Source: Octopus sinensis (lineage: Eukaryota). From it: a DNA stretch of 64,000 nucleotides. Position 1 is the first letter of the stretch; each line of letters opens with the position of its first letter. Below are positions 1 to 12,802 of this stretch, piece after piece. The notes under the pieces were generated by a model, which was not told the origin of the DNA, made no database searches, and worked only from the letters and a program-made list of their open reading frames with translations. The stretch is taken from the NCBI RefSeq assembly GCF_006345805.1, contig NC_043000.1, forward strand, positions 14,570,001 to 14,634,000. The letters run 5' to 3'. A program made the translations under genes and the position numbers.

Positions 1-71
1 AAGTGACATTGTATTTAAGACACATCCATCTTTAATTTTTTTCTGACCAAACATTCTTGTCATTAACGTAC
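1..71 (-). CDS. THADA: THADA-family exon 24, truncated by the window edge
   Basis: gtttccag|GT ACG; TLMTRMFGQKKIKDGCVLNTMSL (cf. ALITRIFGVKRAKD); open to position 1. Confidence 0.92.
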
Positions 72-2199
72 CTGGAAACAAGAGAGGAAAGAATCATTAG
101 AATCTTTGTGAAACATTCAATTAATAAATGAGATGCAATAATAAGGAAACAAATTTTGACAAACTGTCAGATTCTTAAAGCTTAATAAGCAGAGATTTTC
201 TGGTATGAAGGGTCCTTCATTTTTTTAAGCAAAAAAAATAATTAAAAAATGAAAAAAATGAAAAAAATAAAATGAAAATAAAAAATTAAAAAAAACACAT
301 TGGCAATAATATATACTCATAAAACTTAAACTGACATGGGAAAAAAATCAAATTTGATAATGATGATGACAGCAATGATGTTGATGATGACAATGATGAC
401 GTCAATTCTTTCTCTCTGTCAGTCTGTATGTCTGTCTCAGTGTTTGTCTCTTTCTCTCTCTTGTTCTTAGAATTGGCTATGCTGCACTACAAGAAGAGCT
501 GTGGAAAGCCATTCACAATATCCCTTTCACCAGAAAAGAAGAAGAGTTGAGCAAGGAGCCAGCAACGTCTTTTCTTGGGAAACTGATATGCTACTAGAAT
601 CATCCAAGGACCAACTAATGTGCAGTAGGGAACAGAAATAAAGCAGGAAGGTGAAAAGACTGGGTCATTAGCAAACAACAATGGCAGCTGAAGTGTTAGA
701 CATGGAAACTGGCACTCCATCGGTTATGATGACAAGGGTTCCAGTATACAAGTGGTTGAGTGCTCCACAGACACCCATGCCTTTAAAGTAGTTCCCAGAG
801 AGATTCAGTGTGATACAGAATGTGACAAGACTGGCCCTTTGAAATACAGGTCATAATCATCATCATTTAATGTCCATTTTTTATGCTTGCATAGGTTGGA
901 TGGTTTGACTGGGGACTGGCAAGCCAAGAGGCTGCACCAGGCTTCAATCTGATCTGGCAAGGTTTCTACAGCTGGATGTCCTTCCTAATGCCAACCACTC
1001 CAAGAGTGTTGTGGATGCATTTTACATGCCACCTTGCCAGCTGAGTAGCCTGGAGCAAAGCAAAATAATGTGTCTTGTCCAAGGGCACAACATACCACTG
1101 GGAATTGAACTCTTGACCCTACCATCATGAGGTGAATAACCTAATCACGAAGCCATGCATAAAAAAAAAAACATCAGTAAGGTCAATAGGCAAGAAGTGT
1201 AAGAAGAAATCAAAGCAATGTAGGTCATCAGTCAAACATGAAGCAAATCATCCCGGTCATTAAAACCCAGTGGATTGATAAATGCTCCAGCTGAGGCTCC
1301 TTCTATGCAAAAATCATTAAGTCAAGATGCCTCTTCACCAGAAGAGACAATGACAACTGGAAATGAGAAGACCAGTAAGAAAACTTTTGAGGAGAAAGCG
1401 TTCAAGGTTTATAAAATGTTGATGGGTAAAAAAAATTTTAAAAAAACACCATTTGGGCGTGGCCGTTGCCAGTGCCACCTGACTGGTCATTGTGCTGGTG
1501 GCACGTAAAAGCACCCACTACACTCTCGGAGTGGTTGGCGTTAGGAAGGGCATCCAGCTGTAGAAACTCTGCCAGATCAAGATTGGAGCCTGGTGCAGTC
1601 ATATGGTTCGCCAATCCTCAGTCAAATCATCCAACCCATGCTAGCATGGAAAGCAGACGTTAAACAAACAATGAAACAATGGGTAAATAGTAATCAGTTG
1701 ATCCAGTGGCTTCACATCAACGAAAGGGGCCAGTGTGCTGTAGAGCTAATAATATGAAAGGCCTAAAACAGAGTGCATTCACTCCTGATGAACCCAGAAA
1801 CCTACTGGTATCTATTATTGACTTTTACTTTTATGTGTTTCGGTCATTAGACTGCAGTCATGCTGGGGCACTGTGTTGAAGAATCTTAGTTGAATGAAAT
1901 TGGCCCCAGTACTTTTTTCTAAGCTTGGTACTTAATCTATCTATCAGGCTCTTTCGCTGAACCACTATGTTACAGGGATGTAAACACACTAGCACCAGTT
2001 GTCAAGCAGTGATGGGGGACAAACACAGACACAAAGACACACACAGAGACACACATGGCACATATGTGACTGATCAGCCTGAGGCTATAGTATAAGACAC
2101 TAGCCCAAGGTGCCACAGTGGAACTGAACCTGAGACCAAGTGGTTGGGAAGCCAGATTCTTACCACACACCTACATGGAACTTTCTATTGGCAACACTT

Positions 2200-2597
2200 G
2201 GCGTAGGAGTGGCTGTGTGGTAAGTAGCTTGCTTACCAACCACATGGTTCCGGGTTCAGTCCCACTGCATGGCACCTTGGGCAAGTGTCTTCTACTATAG
2301 CCTCAGGCCGACTAAAGCCTTGTGAGTGGATTTGGTAGATGGAAACCGAAAGAAGCCCGTCGTATATATGTATGTGCGCGCGTGTGTGTGCGTGTGTGTG
2401 TGTGTTTGTCCCTTCAACAATGCTTGACAACCGATGCTGATGTGTTTACGTCTCCGTAACTTAGTGGTTCGGCAAAGGAGTCCGATAGAATAAGTACTAG
2501 GCTTACAACGAATAAGATCTGGGGTAGATTTGCTTGAGTAAAGGCGGTGCTCCAGCATGGCCACAGTCAAATAACTGAAACAAGTAAAAGAGTAAAG
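2200..2597 (+). mobile_element. tRNA-derived SINE family A, representative full copy
   Basis: A/B-box head (tggctgtgtggtaag; ggttcagtccc), ccttgggcaagt CORE-like motif, central (TA/GT)n, tail gaaacaagtaaaagag. Other copies at about 1822-2175(-), 4640-5020(-), 19655-19990(-), 25698-26104(-), 33355-33750(-), 39566-39965(+), 47044-47455(+), 55660-56056(-). Confidence 0.88.
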
Positions 2598-2663
2598 CAA
2601 GCTGTCTGTAAATACACAAGGAGTTTAATAATGGAACTGAAACAAACGGATGGAGCCACTTAC

Positions 2664-2910
2664 TGAACAACTGAGTTGAAGCATTCCGTATGGCCCAGGA
2701 GGGGGATTCGAAACCAGCAATGACCAACTTGACAGCTTCACTGATGTGCGCAAGAAGTCCAGTGTTAAGGTTATTGTCTCCAAACAGAACTCTGAGGATG
2801 TTCAAAGCATGAACCTGGTTCAGGTCCCGCTTCTCACATGTTGATGCAACTGGCACTGGCTGAGATGCTGTGGCAAACAAAGACTTCATAGAGTACGTCA
2901 TGAGGTGTCC
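2664..2910 (-). CDS. THADA: THADA-family exon 23 (DUF2428 end)
   Basis: tcttgcag|GGA; QVHALNILRVLFGD...GFESPSWAIRNASTQLF (cf. QVHALNILRALFRD...GFTSPVWAVRNSSTLLF); donor A|gtaagt. Confidence 0.97.
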
Positions 2911-3084
2911 CTGCAAGAAAGGAATGGCAAGAAAGGATTTAAAAGAGGGCAAACAAATTGCTATGTTTAATACAAAATATATTGTTAGGAGACCAAAAAA
3001 TACCCAATTAGCCCTCTGCATGACCTAGTTGAAAAGTCTATAAAGAGTGCAGCTTTTAAGCTAGTTATTAATAAAGCAGAAGTG

Positions 3085-3332
3085 CCGGTGGCACGTAAAA
3101 GCACCATCCATTCGTGACCGTTTGCCAGCTCCATCTGGCACCTGTGCCGGTGGCACGTAAAAAGCACCCACTACACTCACGGAGTGGTTGGCGTTAGGAA
3201 GGGCATCCAGCCGTAGAAACACTGCCAGATCAGACTGGGCCTGATGCAGCCTTCTGGCTTCCCAGATCCCCGGTCGAACCGTCCAACCCATGCTAGCATG
3301 GAGAACGGACGTTAAACGATGATGATGATGAT
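3085..3332 (+). mobile_element. Short RTE 3'-UTR retrocopy, representative of about 17 in the window
   Basis: Matches 17095-17343. Others at about 864-1030, 1445-1665, 4205-4335, 7380-7720, 8125-8420, 10365-10645, 20940-21257, 26760-27125, 36025-36345, 42490-42850, 43420-43750, 44865-45005, 46195-46755, 60947-61280. Confidence 0.9.
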
Positions 3333-3874
3333 GAGACCAAAAAATACCCAATTAGCCCTCTGCATGACCTAGTTGAAAAGTCTATAAAGAGCACAGCTTT
3401 TAAGCTAGTTATTAATAAAGCAGAAGTGTATCATATAAATAAGCATAAATATCTATTTCTTTACTACCCACAAGGGGCTAAACATAGAGGGGACAAACAA
3501 AGACAGACAAACGGATTAAGTCGATTACATCGACCCCAGTGTATAACTGGTACTTAATTTATCGACCTCGAATGGATGAAAGGCAAAGTCGACCTCGGCG
3601 GAATTTGAACTCAGAACGTAACGGCAGACAAATTACGGCTACACATTTCGCCCGGCGTGCTAACGTTTCTGCCAGCTCGCCGCCTCATAATAAGCATAAA
3701 TATCATTGATATTTTGTTGGGGGTCTAGTATTTGTCAGTTTGAGAGCTACTACACTAGTAAGCACACTGAATGGGGAAACAGTTAGCTTCTTCAGAGAAG
3801 CAGGGACTACTAATGCAGGTGTTACTTTAGAGAAATCTGATAAAGTGAAATAAATGTCAGGAAAAAAATCTTAC

Positions 3875-3985
3875 ATTTTTAGTTTTTCTTTCACTAATAC
3901 AGATACACTGAACAATGATGGGGAGGCCTGCTGACCGACGGGTTATTGATACATCCAGTTCACCACTGTTTAAACTCTTTAGGAT
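3875..3985 (-). CDS. THADA: THADA-family exon 22 (DUF2428, RRSAGLP motif)
   Basis: tattctag|ATC; ILKSLNSGELDVSITRRSAGLPIIVQCICISERKTKN; RRSAG[LI]P is the conserved Trm732/THADA motif; donor AAT|gtaag. Confidence 0.96.
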
Positions 3986-4374
3986 CTAGAATAGAAACGG
4001 AAAATTATAGAAAGAGATAGGTGTGTTTATATGTGGAAATGGTTACAAAGAGACAGAAGAGAAGGGAGAGAAAAAAGAACAAAGTTTGTGTGAATCTGAG
4101 AGGAGTGAGTGAAAGAGAGAAAGAGAGAGAGAGAGAGGGACAGGAGCAGACAAAAAGACAGAACACAGTTAATAATTGTATTAAAAGAATAGTTCTTCAC
4201 AAGATGTCCTGTAGAAACTTTGCCAGATCAGATTGGTTCTGGTGCAGCCTCTCCTGGCTTGCCAATCCTCAGTCAAACTGTCCATCCCATGCCAAGCCAG
4301 CATGGAAAATGGACGTTCAAATGATGATGATGACAAAAATGAAAGTAAAATGAAATGAAAGAATGAGAACTCAC

Positions 4375-4476
4375 TTGGACCAGAACTTTTTCAGGAATAG
4401 AACTGGCACTGTGTTTAGTGGAAAGCAATGTCATACAGAAATCTATAAAACCTGAACGGCAGTTCTCAATGGCACC
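4375..4476 (-). CDS. THADA: THADA-family exon 21 (DUF2428)
   Basis: tgttgcag|GGT; GAIENCRSGFIDFCMTLLSTKHSASSIPEKVLVQ (cf. GAFELAYTGFVKL); donor CAA|gtgagt. Confidence 0.93.
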
Positions 4477-5909
4477 CTGCAACAGAAAGTAATGTATTCA
4501 GATTTAACCACAATATAAAGGTGTTTTAAAATGATATTGGGATTGTGGTGCGTGTGTATGTGTGCACATGTGTGTGCATGCATGCATTGTGAAAGTGCAT
4601 CTGAGCTGTCTATACAATATCTTTTATCCTTTATCTTTTAATTGTTTCAGTCATTAGACTGCGGCCATACTGGAGCACCGCCTTGAAGAATTTATACTCA
4701 AATGCATTGACGCCAGCACTTTTCTTTTAAGCCTGGTACTTAGTCTATCAATTTCTTTTGCCGAACTGCTAAGTTACAGGGACATAAACACACCAATACC
4801 AGCTGCCAAGCAGTGGAAGTGGGGCACAGACACACAGACACACATTTATATATATATGACAGGCTTCTTTCAGTTTCCACCTGCCAAATCCACTCAGAAG
4901 GCTTTGGTTGGCCTGAGGCTATAGTAGAAGATACTTGCCCAAGGTGCCACGCAGTGGGACTGAACCCAGAACCATGTGGTTGGGAAGCAAACTTCTTACC
5001 ACACAGCCACATCTGCACCTAAAAGTTAATTATATTATATATGTGATATGAGGCTGAAAGCTTTAGACTCCAAGCATGGCTATGTGGTTAAGAAATTTGT
5101 TTCCCAACCACAATATTTCAGGTTCAGTCCCAGGGCATGGCACTTTCAGCAAGTGCCTTCTACTATAGCCCTGGGCCAACCAAAACCTTGTGAGTGGATT
5201 TATTTTGCAGAAACAGAAAGAAACCCAACATGTGTGTGTGTGTGTGTGGTGTGTGTGTGTGTGTGCATGTATGTCTGTGTGAATCCCCTTGTCTTGACAT
5301 CTGATGATAGATGTGAATGAATGTCCTTCATTTTCAATATTTTGCAAAAACCTATCTGGCCACGGGGAAAAATTAACTTGCTTAGAAACAGTTAAGGGTT
5401 AGCAACAGGAAGGGCATCCAGTCATAAAAAACTTTACTTCAAGCATGGGGGAAAATGGACATTAAAACAATGATATAAACCTTGTTTACAAGGAATAAAA
5501 AAGTATTGGAGAGAAGGGATTACTTGATGCAAAGAACATTACTTAGAGATGGTCTACTATAGGTTCACCTATAGTGGAATAGTGCCTATAATGTTGTGAT
5601 ACCTATAGTGGCATGGTATCTATAGTAGTATAGGGGCATAACTGCTGTTGTAGTATGGTGGCTATTGAAGTGTGTTAGCTATTGTAGTTTGGTTGTTCTA
5701 GTGGTGAATTGGTTAGTGTGGTGATATAGCTATCATGATGATAATTACTATGGTTTGTAGTTATGATGATAATTACTATGGTTTGCGGTTATAATAGTTT
5801 GGTGGGGACTGAAACATGGAACACCATTGTGATGTTATGGCTACAATGGTATATTAGCTATTGTCATGTGAAAGCCATTATTCAATATATACCAATCTTT
5901 ATTCCCAGG

Positions 5910-6386
5910 AAGACTCCCATTTTGCTCAGAACATTGACCTCCTGGAATCTGTCCAGAGACGTGCAACCAAACGCATACCCTCCATCAGACACCTACCATA
6001 TTCTGAGCGCCTTGTTTCCCTGGGCATGGATTCACTGAAGCTCCGGCGTCTGGCGACGGACTTGGTAAACACCCACAAAGTTATCAACCACCTCACCAAC
6101 AACAACACTGAACACCTTTTTGATCTCCATGTGTCTAACACACGTGGACATGCCTACAAAGTCAGAAAACAACACAGCTCCCATGACTTTCGGAAACATT
6201 TTTTCACGCTCAGAGTTGCTGAGGCATGGAATAAACTGCCTGCGTCAGTTGTTGACTGCCATGACACTGCATCCTTTAAGGCCCTCATGCTTTCCGAAAT
6301 CTGCCAAAACTACACCTGATTATATATACACTTTAGATGAGTTGTAGTGCACCTGAGCACTGTACACAATGTTTTATTATTATTAT
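5910..6386 (+). mobile_element. CR1-clade LINE 3' fragment
   Basis: IDLLESVQRRATKRIP...LPYSERL...TRGHAYK...FFTLRVAEAWNKLP is the CR1 ORF2 C-terminus; short 3' UTR and (ATT)n tail. Confidence 0.9.
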
Positions 6387-6596
6387 GATATGATCAGTCT
6401 GCAGTGCAATCTTTTTAAGGTAACACTTACTTTTTCTATCTGTGGCCTGACCTCATCACCTGTGCAGGCATACCATAGTGGCTACAGTGCTGTGATAACT
6501 ATTGAAACAGTGATGTTTAATAAGATACAATAGTTTTAAAGACCTGGTGATTATATTTAAGTGAAGGCTGTGAAATGTTCAGAAAGGTATACCAAC

Positions 6597-6749
6597 CCGA
6601 TGCCTACACTGGGTGAGGACTTTAACAAAAGTGTCACTAATTTTCTGATACACCTCGAAGGATAGGGTAAGGTTTTTGGTGGCAGTAGTGCTTCTCTTCT
6701 GATTCTTGTTCACCAAATTTACAATTTGGCCTAAGAGAGAAGAACTTTC
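6597..6749 (-). CDS. THADA: THADA-family exon 20 (DUF2428)
   Basis: ttttacag|GAA; ESSSLLGQIV...VYQKISDTFVKVLTQCRHR (cf. EVALLLG...HLLQSRHR); donor CGG|gttggt. Confidence 0.93.
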
Positions 6750-9084
6750 CTGTAAAAAGCAAAAAAAAAGCATAGAGGTTAGGTAAAGAAATGAAGAAAC
6801 TGTAATTGATGAAACAACGGTTTTGATTATGATGATAATGGTATAAGAGCATCGTAGTAATGAAGATTATACTAACGATGATGACATATTCAAATGATGG
6901 TGATGACATTGATAACAGATAGATTTCTTTATTGGCCACACAGGACCGAATACAGAAGGGACAAAATACAAAGTAGAGCTTTTCTTTTTGGGAAGAAGAG
7001 AAGGAAAAAAGGGTCGAATTTCAATCAAAAGGGATCGTGGAAAAAAAAAAGGTGGGACGATCAATAGGGATCGTGTATTAATAAGAAGCAAATATTAAAG
7101 CAATGCTCATGATAATGATGATGACAAAATGAGATAAATGATGATGGTAAAGATGAAGCAGAGAAGAAGGAGGTGGAGGGTGGCACTGATGACAATGATG
7201 ATTACTGAAGAGCTGAAGACACACTAGAACTCTAGTATGTAATTGATGTATATCTTAGTGATACTGGACAGATCAATAAAACGTCTATAATTGATATCTG
7301 TGTCTTACTGATCCTGGATGACATATAATCGGATAAATGATGCTGATAACGTCAAGGAAGTAAAAATATATAGGATAGCGACGCCTTACTGGTACTTGTG
7401 CCAGTTGCACATGGAAAACCATTCGAGTGAGGTTGTTGCCAGTGCCGCTGGACTGGCTCCTGTGCAGGTGGCACGTAAAAAACACCATTTGAGTGTGGCC
7501 ATTGCTAGTACTGCGTGACTGGCCATCGTGCCGGTGGCACGTAAAAGCACCCACTACACTCTCGGAGTGGTTGGCATTAGGAAGGGCATCTAGCTGTAGA
7601 AACTCTGTCAGATCAAGATTAGAGCCTTGTGCAGCCATCTGGTTCGCCAGTCCTCAGTCAAATCGTCCAACCCATGCTAGCATAGAAAGCAGACGTTAAA
7701 TGATGATGATGATGATGAATGTTAATAATAATGATAATGATGACAATCCCGATCATTATAATCATCGTCATTTACATCCATGTTCCATGCTAGAGTGGGT
7801 TGGACAGTTTTAACAGGATCTAATGGGTCCAAAGGCTGTGTTATGCTCCAGTGTCACCACCTAACATTATAATGTATACCTCCAATCACCCAGTACAACA
7901 AAGCACAGACACCACACAACAAAATATCATGTCCAACAATGTACATTTGGTATACAACAGCAGAAATAGCAAAATAATGCTTGAAACAACAAAACAAATC
8001 ACACAACGATACAAAACCAAAGCAGTATACCAATGCAATTCCACCTTCACAAAAGACAATGTTGAATGCACCTCAGGAACACAGAAGATGGTCCAGTAGA
8101 AACTCACATAAAACCGGAGAAAACATCATCATCATCATCGTTTAACATCCGCTTTCCATGCTAGCATGGGTTGGATGATTTGACTGAGGACTGATGGACC
8201 AGAAGGCTGCACCAGGCTCCAATCTGATCTGGCAGAGTTTCTACAGCTGGATGCCCTTCCTAATGCCAACCACTCCAAGAGTGCAGTGGGTGCTTTTATG
8301 TGCCACTGGCACGAGGGTCAGTCGGGCGGTACTGGCAACAGCCATGCTCAAATGGTGTTTTTTACATGCCACCTGCACAGGAGCCAGTGCAGTGGTATTG
8401 GTAACGACCTTGCTCAATCTATCATGATGATAGAAATTGCTTTAAGCAGAAGGCCAGCAATTTTGAAGGAATTCTGAAGCAATACCATCAACTTCAGTAT
8501 TTGACTATGCTTTATTTCATTGACTCTGGAGGAATGAAGGGCAAAGTTGACTTTGACAGGATTTGAACTCAGAAGGTAAAGAACCAGAATAAATACCACA
8601 AAGTATTTTTTTCCGTCACAAGAATCTGTCGTTGTGGAGTTGTGATTTGTGTGCTTCAATAACTGGGAGACTTCCTGGTAGCCCCCTACTCTAAACTGGA
8701 CAGGTCAACAGATTAAATATGGACTGCCTCTTTCCAGAGGTAAAAATAGGTTAGCATAGAGCCAACACTCCTACCTAGTAAAAAAAAAAGCAATGTTATA
8801 GAAGCATCGATGACAATTCAAAGCCAACAAGACCTGGGAGAGGAAGGCCTTCCCTCAAGGAAACATACGATGTAGTACAGCAAAATTTGGAAGGCAGTTG
8901 CAAAGAAAAGCAGGGATCCAACTGAAGACAAGTAGAGAAGATGGCCCAGAGTTGAGAACAGTGAAGGGGTTAATTAAGTAAATAATTTTTTTCTGATACC
9001 CAAACAATTCTGCAAATCTAAAGAATAGTATGCAATGAAGATGTTTTGGAAATTTGATCAATTTGTTGGTAAATGTTAAACTAC

Positions 9085-9221
9085 CTTGAGGTTGATCCAG
9101 CACCAGGAAAGAAGAAACTGGTATTCGTTTGATAGAACCACAGACGTTTGGTAAGTGGCTTGGCTGTCACAAATTACATTCTCCAGAGCCACAGCTATGT
9201 CAGCAAAGGAAGGGCATGCAG
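9085..9221 (-). CDS. THADA: THADA-family exon 19 (DUF2428 start)
   Basis: cattccag|CT GCA; ACPSFADIAVALENVICDSQ...QFLLSWCWINLK (cf. QMVLVCCWRSMK); donor AAG|gtagtt. Confidence 0.9.
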
Positions 9222-9434
9222 CTGGAATGTGATAGAAAATTACATTATTATTTTTGTTAGTTGAAATTATGAGAAACAAAAGTAGAGAATGTAAAAAGTA
9301 ATAACGACTTGGCAAAAAACCAGTTTTTGTAGGAAAGACTGTTTAGTAACAGTTAGAAGTATACTGGAAAATAAATGTAGTAATTTGTGTGATACTGAAA
9401 ATATATTTGATTTCATGATCATATAAATGGCAAT

Positions 9435-9486
9435 TATAATAACAACAACAACAACAACAACAACAATAATAATAATAATAATAATA

Positions 9487-9537
<51 letters not shown>
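9435..9537. repeat. (AAC)n(AAT)n microsatellite, SINE tail; representative of many (TA)n, (CA)n, (GAT)n, (AAT)n tracts
   Basis: Direct reading; similar tracts at 10066-10125, 25910-25942, 28015-28055, 44570-44610, 59050-59165. Confidence 0.95.
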
Positions 9538-10065
9538 TCTTTCTACTATAGATACAAGGCCTGAAATTTTAGTAGGAAGGGTCTTGTCGATTACATTTGG
9601 TACCAGTGCTCAAATGGTACTATTTTATCGAGTCTGAAAGGATGAAAGGCAAAGCAGACCTTGGTGCAATTTGAACTCAAAAATAAAGACAGACAAAATA
9701 CCACTAAGCTTTTTGTCCAACATGCTAACAATTCTGTCAGAACAATAATAATATTGAAGGCCTGGCATATGAACAGCAATTTTTAGGGGGGAGGGGCAAA
9801 TCAATTACATTGATCCCAGTGTTCAACTGGTACTAAAATTAATGACCCTGAATGGATAAAGGCAAAGCTGACTTTGGTAGAATTTGAACTCAGAACACAA
9901 GGAACCAGAAAAAATGCTATTAATAATGATAGGAAAGGCATCCAACCATAGAAACCATACCACAACAGAGAGTTGGAGACTGGACAGCTCCCTGATAGCT
10001 AGCTCCATGTCAAACCATCCAACCCACGCCAGCATAGAGAGTGGTTGTTAAACAATGATGATGAA

Positions 10066-10119
<54 letters not shown>

Positions 10120-10824
10120 TAATACTCTCTACTATAGGCACAAAGCCTGAAATTTGGGGAGGGAGATAATCGATTACATTGACCCCAGAACTCAAATGGT
10201 ACTTATTTTATCGACCCCCCAAAGGGTGAAAGGCAATGTTGACCTCGGTGGAATTTGAGCTCAGAACATACAGACAGATGAAATGCCACTAAGCATTTTG
10301 CTAGCGTGCATGATTCTGCCAGCTCATTGCCTTAAAATAATAATAATAATAATAATAATAATAAGCCTCGACTGGCTTCCATGCAGGTGGCACGTAAATT
10401 GCACCAATCCGACCGTGGCTGTTGCCAGCTTCGCCTGGCACCTGTGCGGGTGGCACATAAAAAGCACCCACTACGCTCACAGAGTGGTTGGCGTTAGGAA
10501 GGGCATCCAGCTGTAGAAACATTGCCAAATAAGACTGGAGCCTGGTGCAGCCTTCTGGCTTCCCAGATCCCCGGTCAAACCGTCCAACCCACGCTAGCAT
10601 GGAGAACGGATGTTAAACGATGATGATGATGATGATGATGATGAATTGTATCTAATGCTGACAAAGGCCAGCAATTTTGCAGTGAGTAGTGTTAGTGAAT
10701 ATCTTTGTCATAATACTTCAGTAGTACTTTATTTCATTGAACCTGAAAGAATGAAGGCAGTACTCCAGCATGGCCACAGTCAAATGAATGAAACAAGTAA
10801 AAGAATAAGGTAAAAGTAACTCAC

Positions 10825-10983
10825 TAGAATCTTGTCCACCTGATAATATACACATGACAACATTAATGATGCGGATGGCTAAATTGATGATATATTCTAG
10901 GACAGACTGCCATGCAATGACCTCGTTATCTTCAACAGATTCAATGCAGTAGGGTAGACATTCTTCGATACAGCAAATGAGAC
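10825..10983 (-). CDS. THADA: THADA-family exon 18
   Basis: tctttaag|GT CTC; LICCIEECLPYC...AWQSVLEYIINLAIRIINVVMCILSGGQDS; donor A|gtgagt; phase 1/1. Confidence 0.88.
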
Positions 10984-11049
10984 CTTAAAGACAATGGAGG
11001 AAATAAAACAATAACAATGAACGAATTGTCATGATCAACCTGTGTCATT

Positions 11050-11965
11050 GTCACATAAAAAGCACTCATGTTGGCGCCACATAAAAAGCACCCATGTTGG
11101 TGCCACATAAAAAGCACCCATGTTTGTCCCACATAAAAAGCACCCATGTTGGCGCCACATAAAAAGCACCCATGTTGGCGTCACATAAAAAGCACCCATA
11201 TTGGTGTCACATAAAAAGCACTCATTTTGGTGTCACATAAAAAGCACTCATGTTGGTGCCACATAAAAAGCACTCATGTTGGTGCCACATAAAAAGCACT
11301 CAAGTTGGTGCCACATAAAAAGCACCCATGTTGGTGTCACATAAAAAGCACTCAAGTTGGTGCCACATAAAAAGCACCCATGTTGGTGTCACATAAAAAG
11401 CACCCATGTTTGTGCCATATAAAAAGCACTCATGTTGGCATCACATAAAAAGCACCCATGTTGGTGTCACATAAAAAGCACTCATTTTGGTGCCACATAA
11501 AAAGCACTCAAGTTGGCGCCACATAAAAAGCACCCATGTCGGTGTCACATAAAAAGCACTCAAGTTGGCACCACATAAAAAGCACCCATGTTTGTGCCAC
11601 ATAAAAAGCACCCATGTTGGTTCCACATACAAAGCACCCATGTTGGTTCCACATACCAAGCACCCATGTTGGTTCTACATACCAAGCACCCATGTTGGTG
11701 CCACATAACAAGCACTCGTGTTGGTGCCACATAAAAAGCACCCATGTTGGTGCCACATAAAAAGCACCCATGTTGGTGCCACATATAAAGCATCCATGTT
11801 GGTGCCACATATAAAGCACCCATGTTGGTGCCACATAAAAAGCACCCGTGCCGGTACCATGTAAAATACACTTGTGCCAGTGCTACATGAAAAGTACCTG
11901 TGCTGGTGCCACATAAAAAGCACCTGAGCTGGTATCACATAAAAAGCACCCATGCTGGTGACCAC
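11050..11965 (+). repeat. 26-bp minisatellite, about 34 units
   Basis: Unit ccacataaaaagcacccatgttggtg; period measured 11052 to 11078. Confidence 0.95.
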
Positions 11966-12239
11966 ACAAAGAGCTCCTGTGCCAGTGCCCTGTAAAATGG
12001 CTGGCATTAAATGATGATGATGATTACAATCATTATCATCATCGTCATCATTATTTAGCATCCACTTTTCCATGCCTGCATAGTTCAGAAAGAATTTGTT
12101 GAGGCAGATTTTCTACAGCTGGATGCCCTTGCTGTCACCAACTCTTACCTGTTTCCAAGTAAGGTCATATTTCAACATGGCCAAACATGTTTTTCATTGA
12201 AAGAAACAAAAACTCTCATTTGTATGAAGACACTGCTGT

Positions 12240-12608
12240 TGAGCGAACGGTCTTCGCCCCAGAGCTCGCAAGATGGGAGAAGTCCGAAACGTGGCCCTTT
12301 GTTATTCGTAAGACCCGCAGAAGAGAAAGCAGGTCAACCCCCGACACCGAGAGCATCGACGGATGGATGAATGTGCATCCAGGCTCAGCGGTTGTGTAGG
12401 AAGTCGGGGACAAGAAACAGGAAGATAGAATGAGAGAAAGTTGGGGCCAAAGAGTACAACAGGGGTCGCCACCACCCCCTGCCGGAGCCTCGTGGAGCTT
12501 TAGGTGTTTACGCTCAATAAACACACACAACGCCAGGTCTGGGAATCAAAACCGCGATCCTCCGACCACGAGTCCACTGCCCTGACCACAGGGCCATTGC
12601 GCCTCCAC
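12240..12608 (-). mobile_element. tRNA-derived SINE family D
   Basis: Head gtggaggcgcaatggccctgtggtcagggcagtggac...ggttttgattccc, GC-rich body. Confidence 0.8.
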
Positions 12609-12802
12609 TGAAGATGCTGCTCATCTACAACCATCACATGATCACAAGACAACAGTGCACACACACACATGACAGGTTCTTCCAGTTTTCATCTATCAAA
12701 TCCACACAAGCTTCTTAACTACACAGTCAAACCTGTACCTTATCGTTATCAGAAAAAAAAACCATTTAGCCATTAATATTAGTAAATAGAAGACTATAAT
12801 AA

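Noticed and set aside
1783-1805. CTGATGAACCCAGAAAC as a hammerhead core
   Set aside because: No stem II between CUGAUGA and GAAA and no flanking stem I.
11050-11965. CRISPR-like array
   Set aside because: No unique spacers; it is a contiguous 26-bp tandem repeat in a eukaryotic intron with no cas genes.
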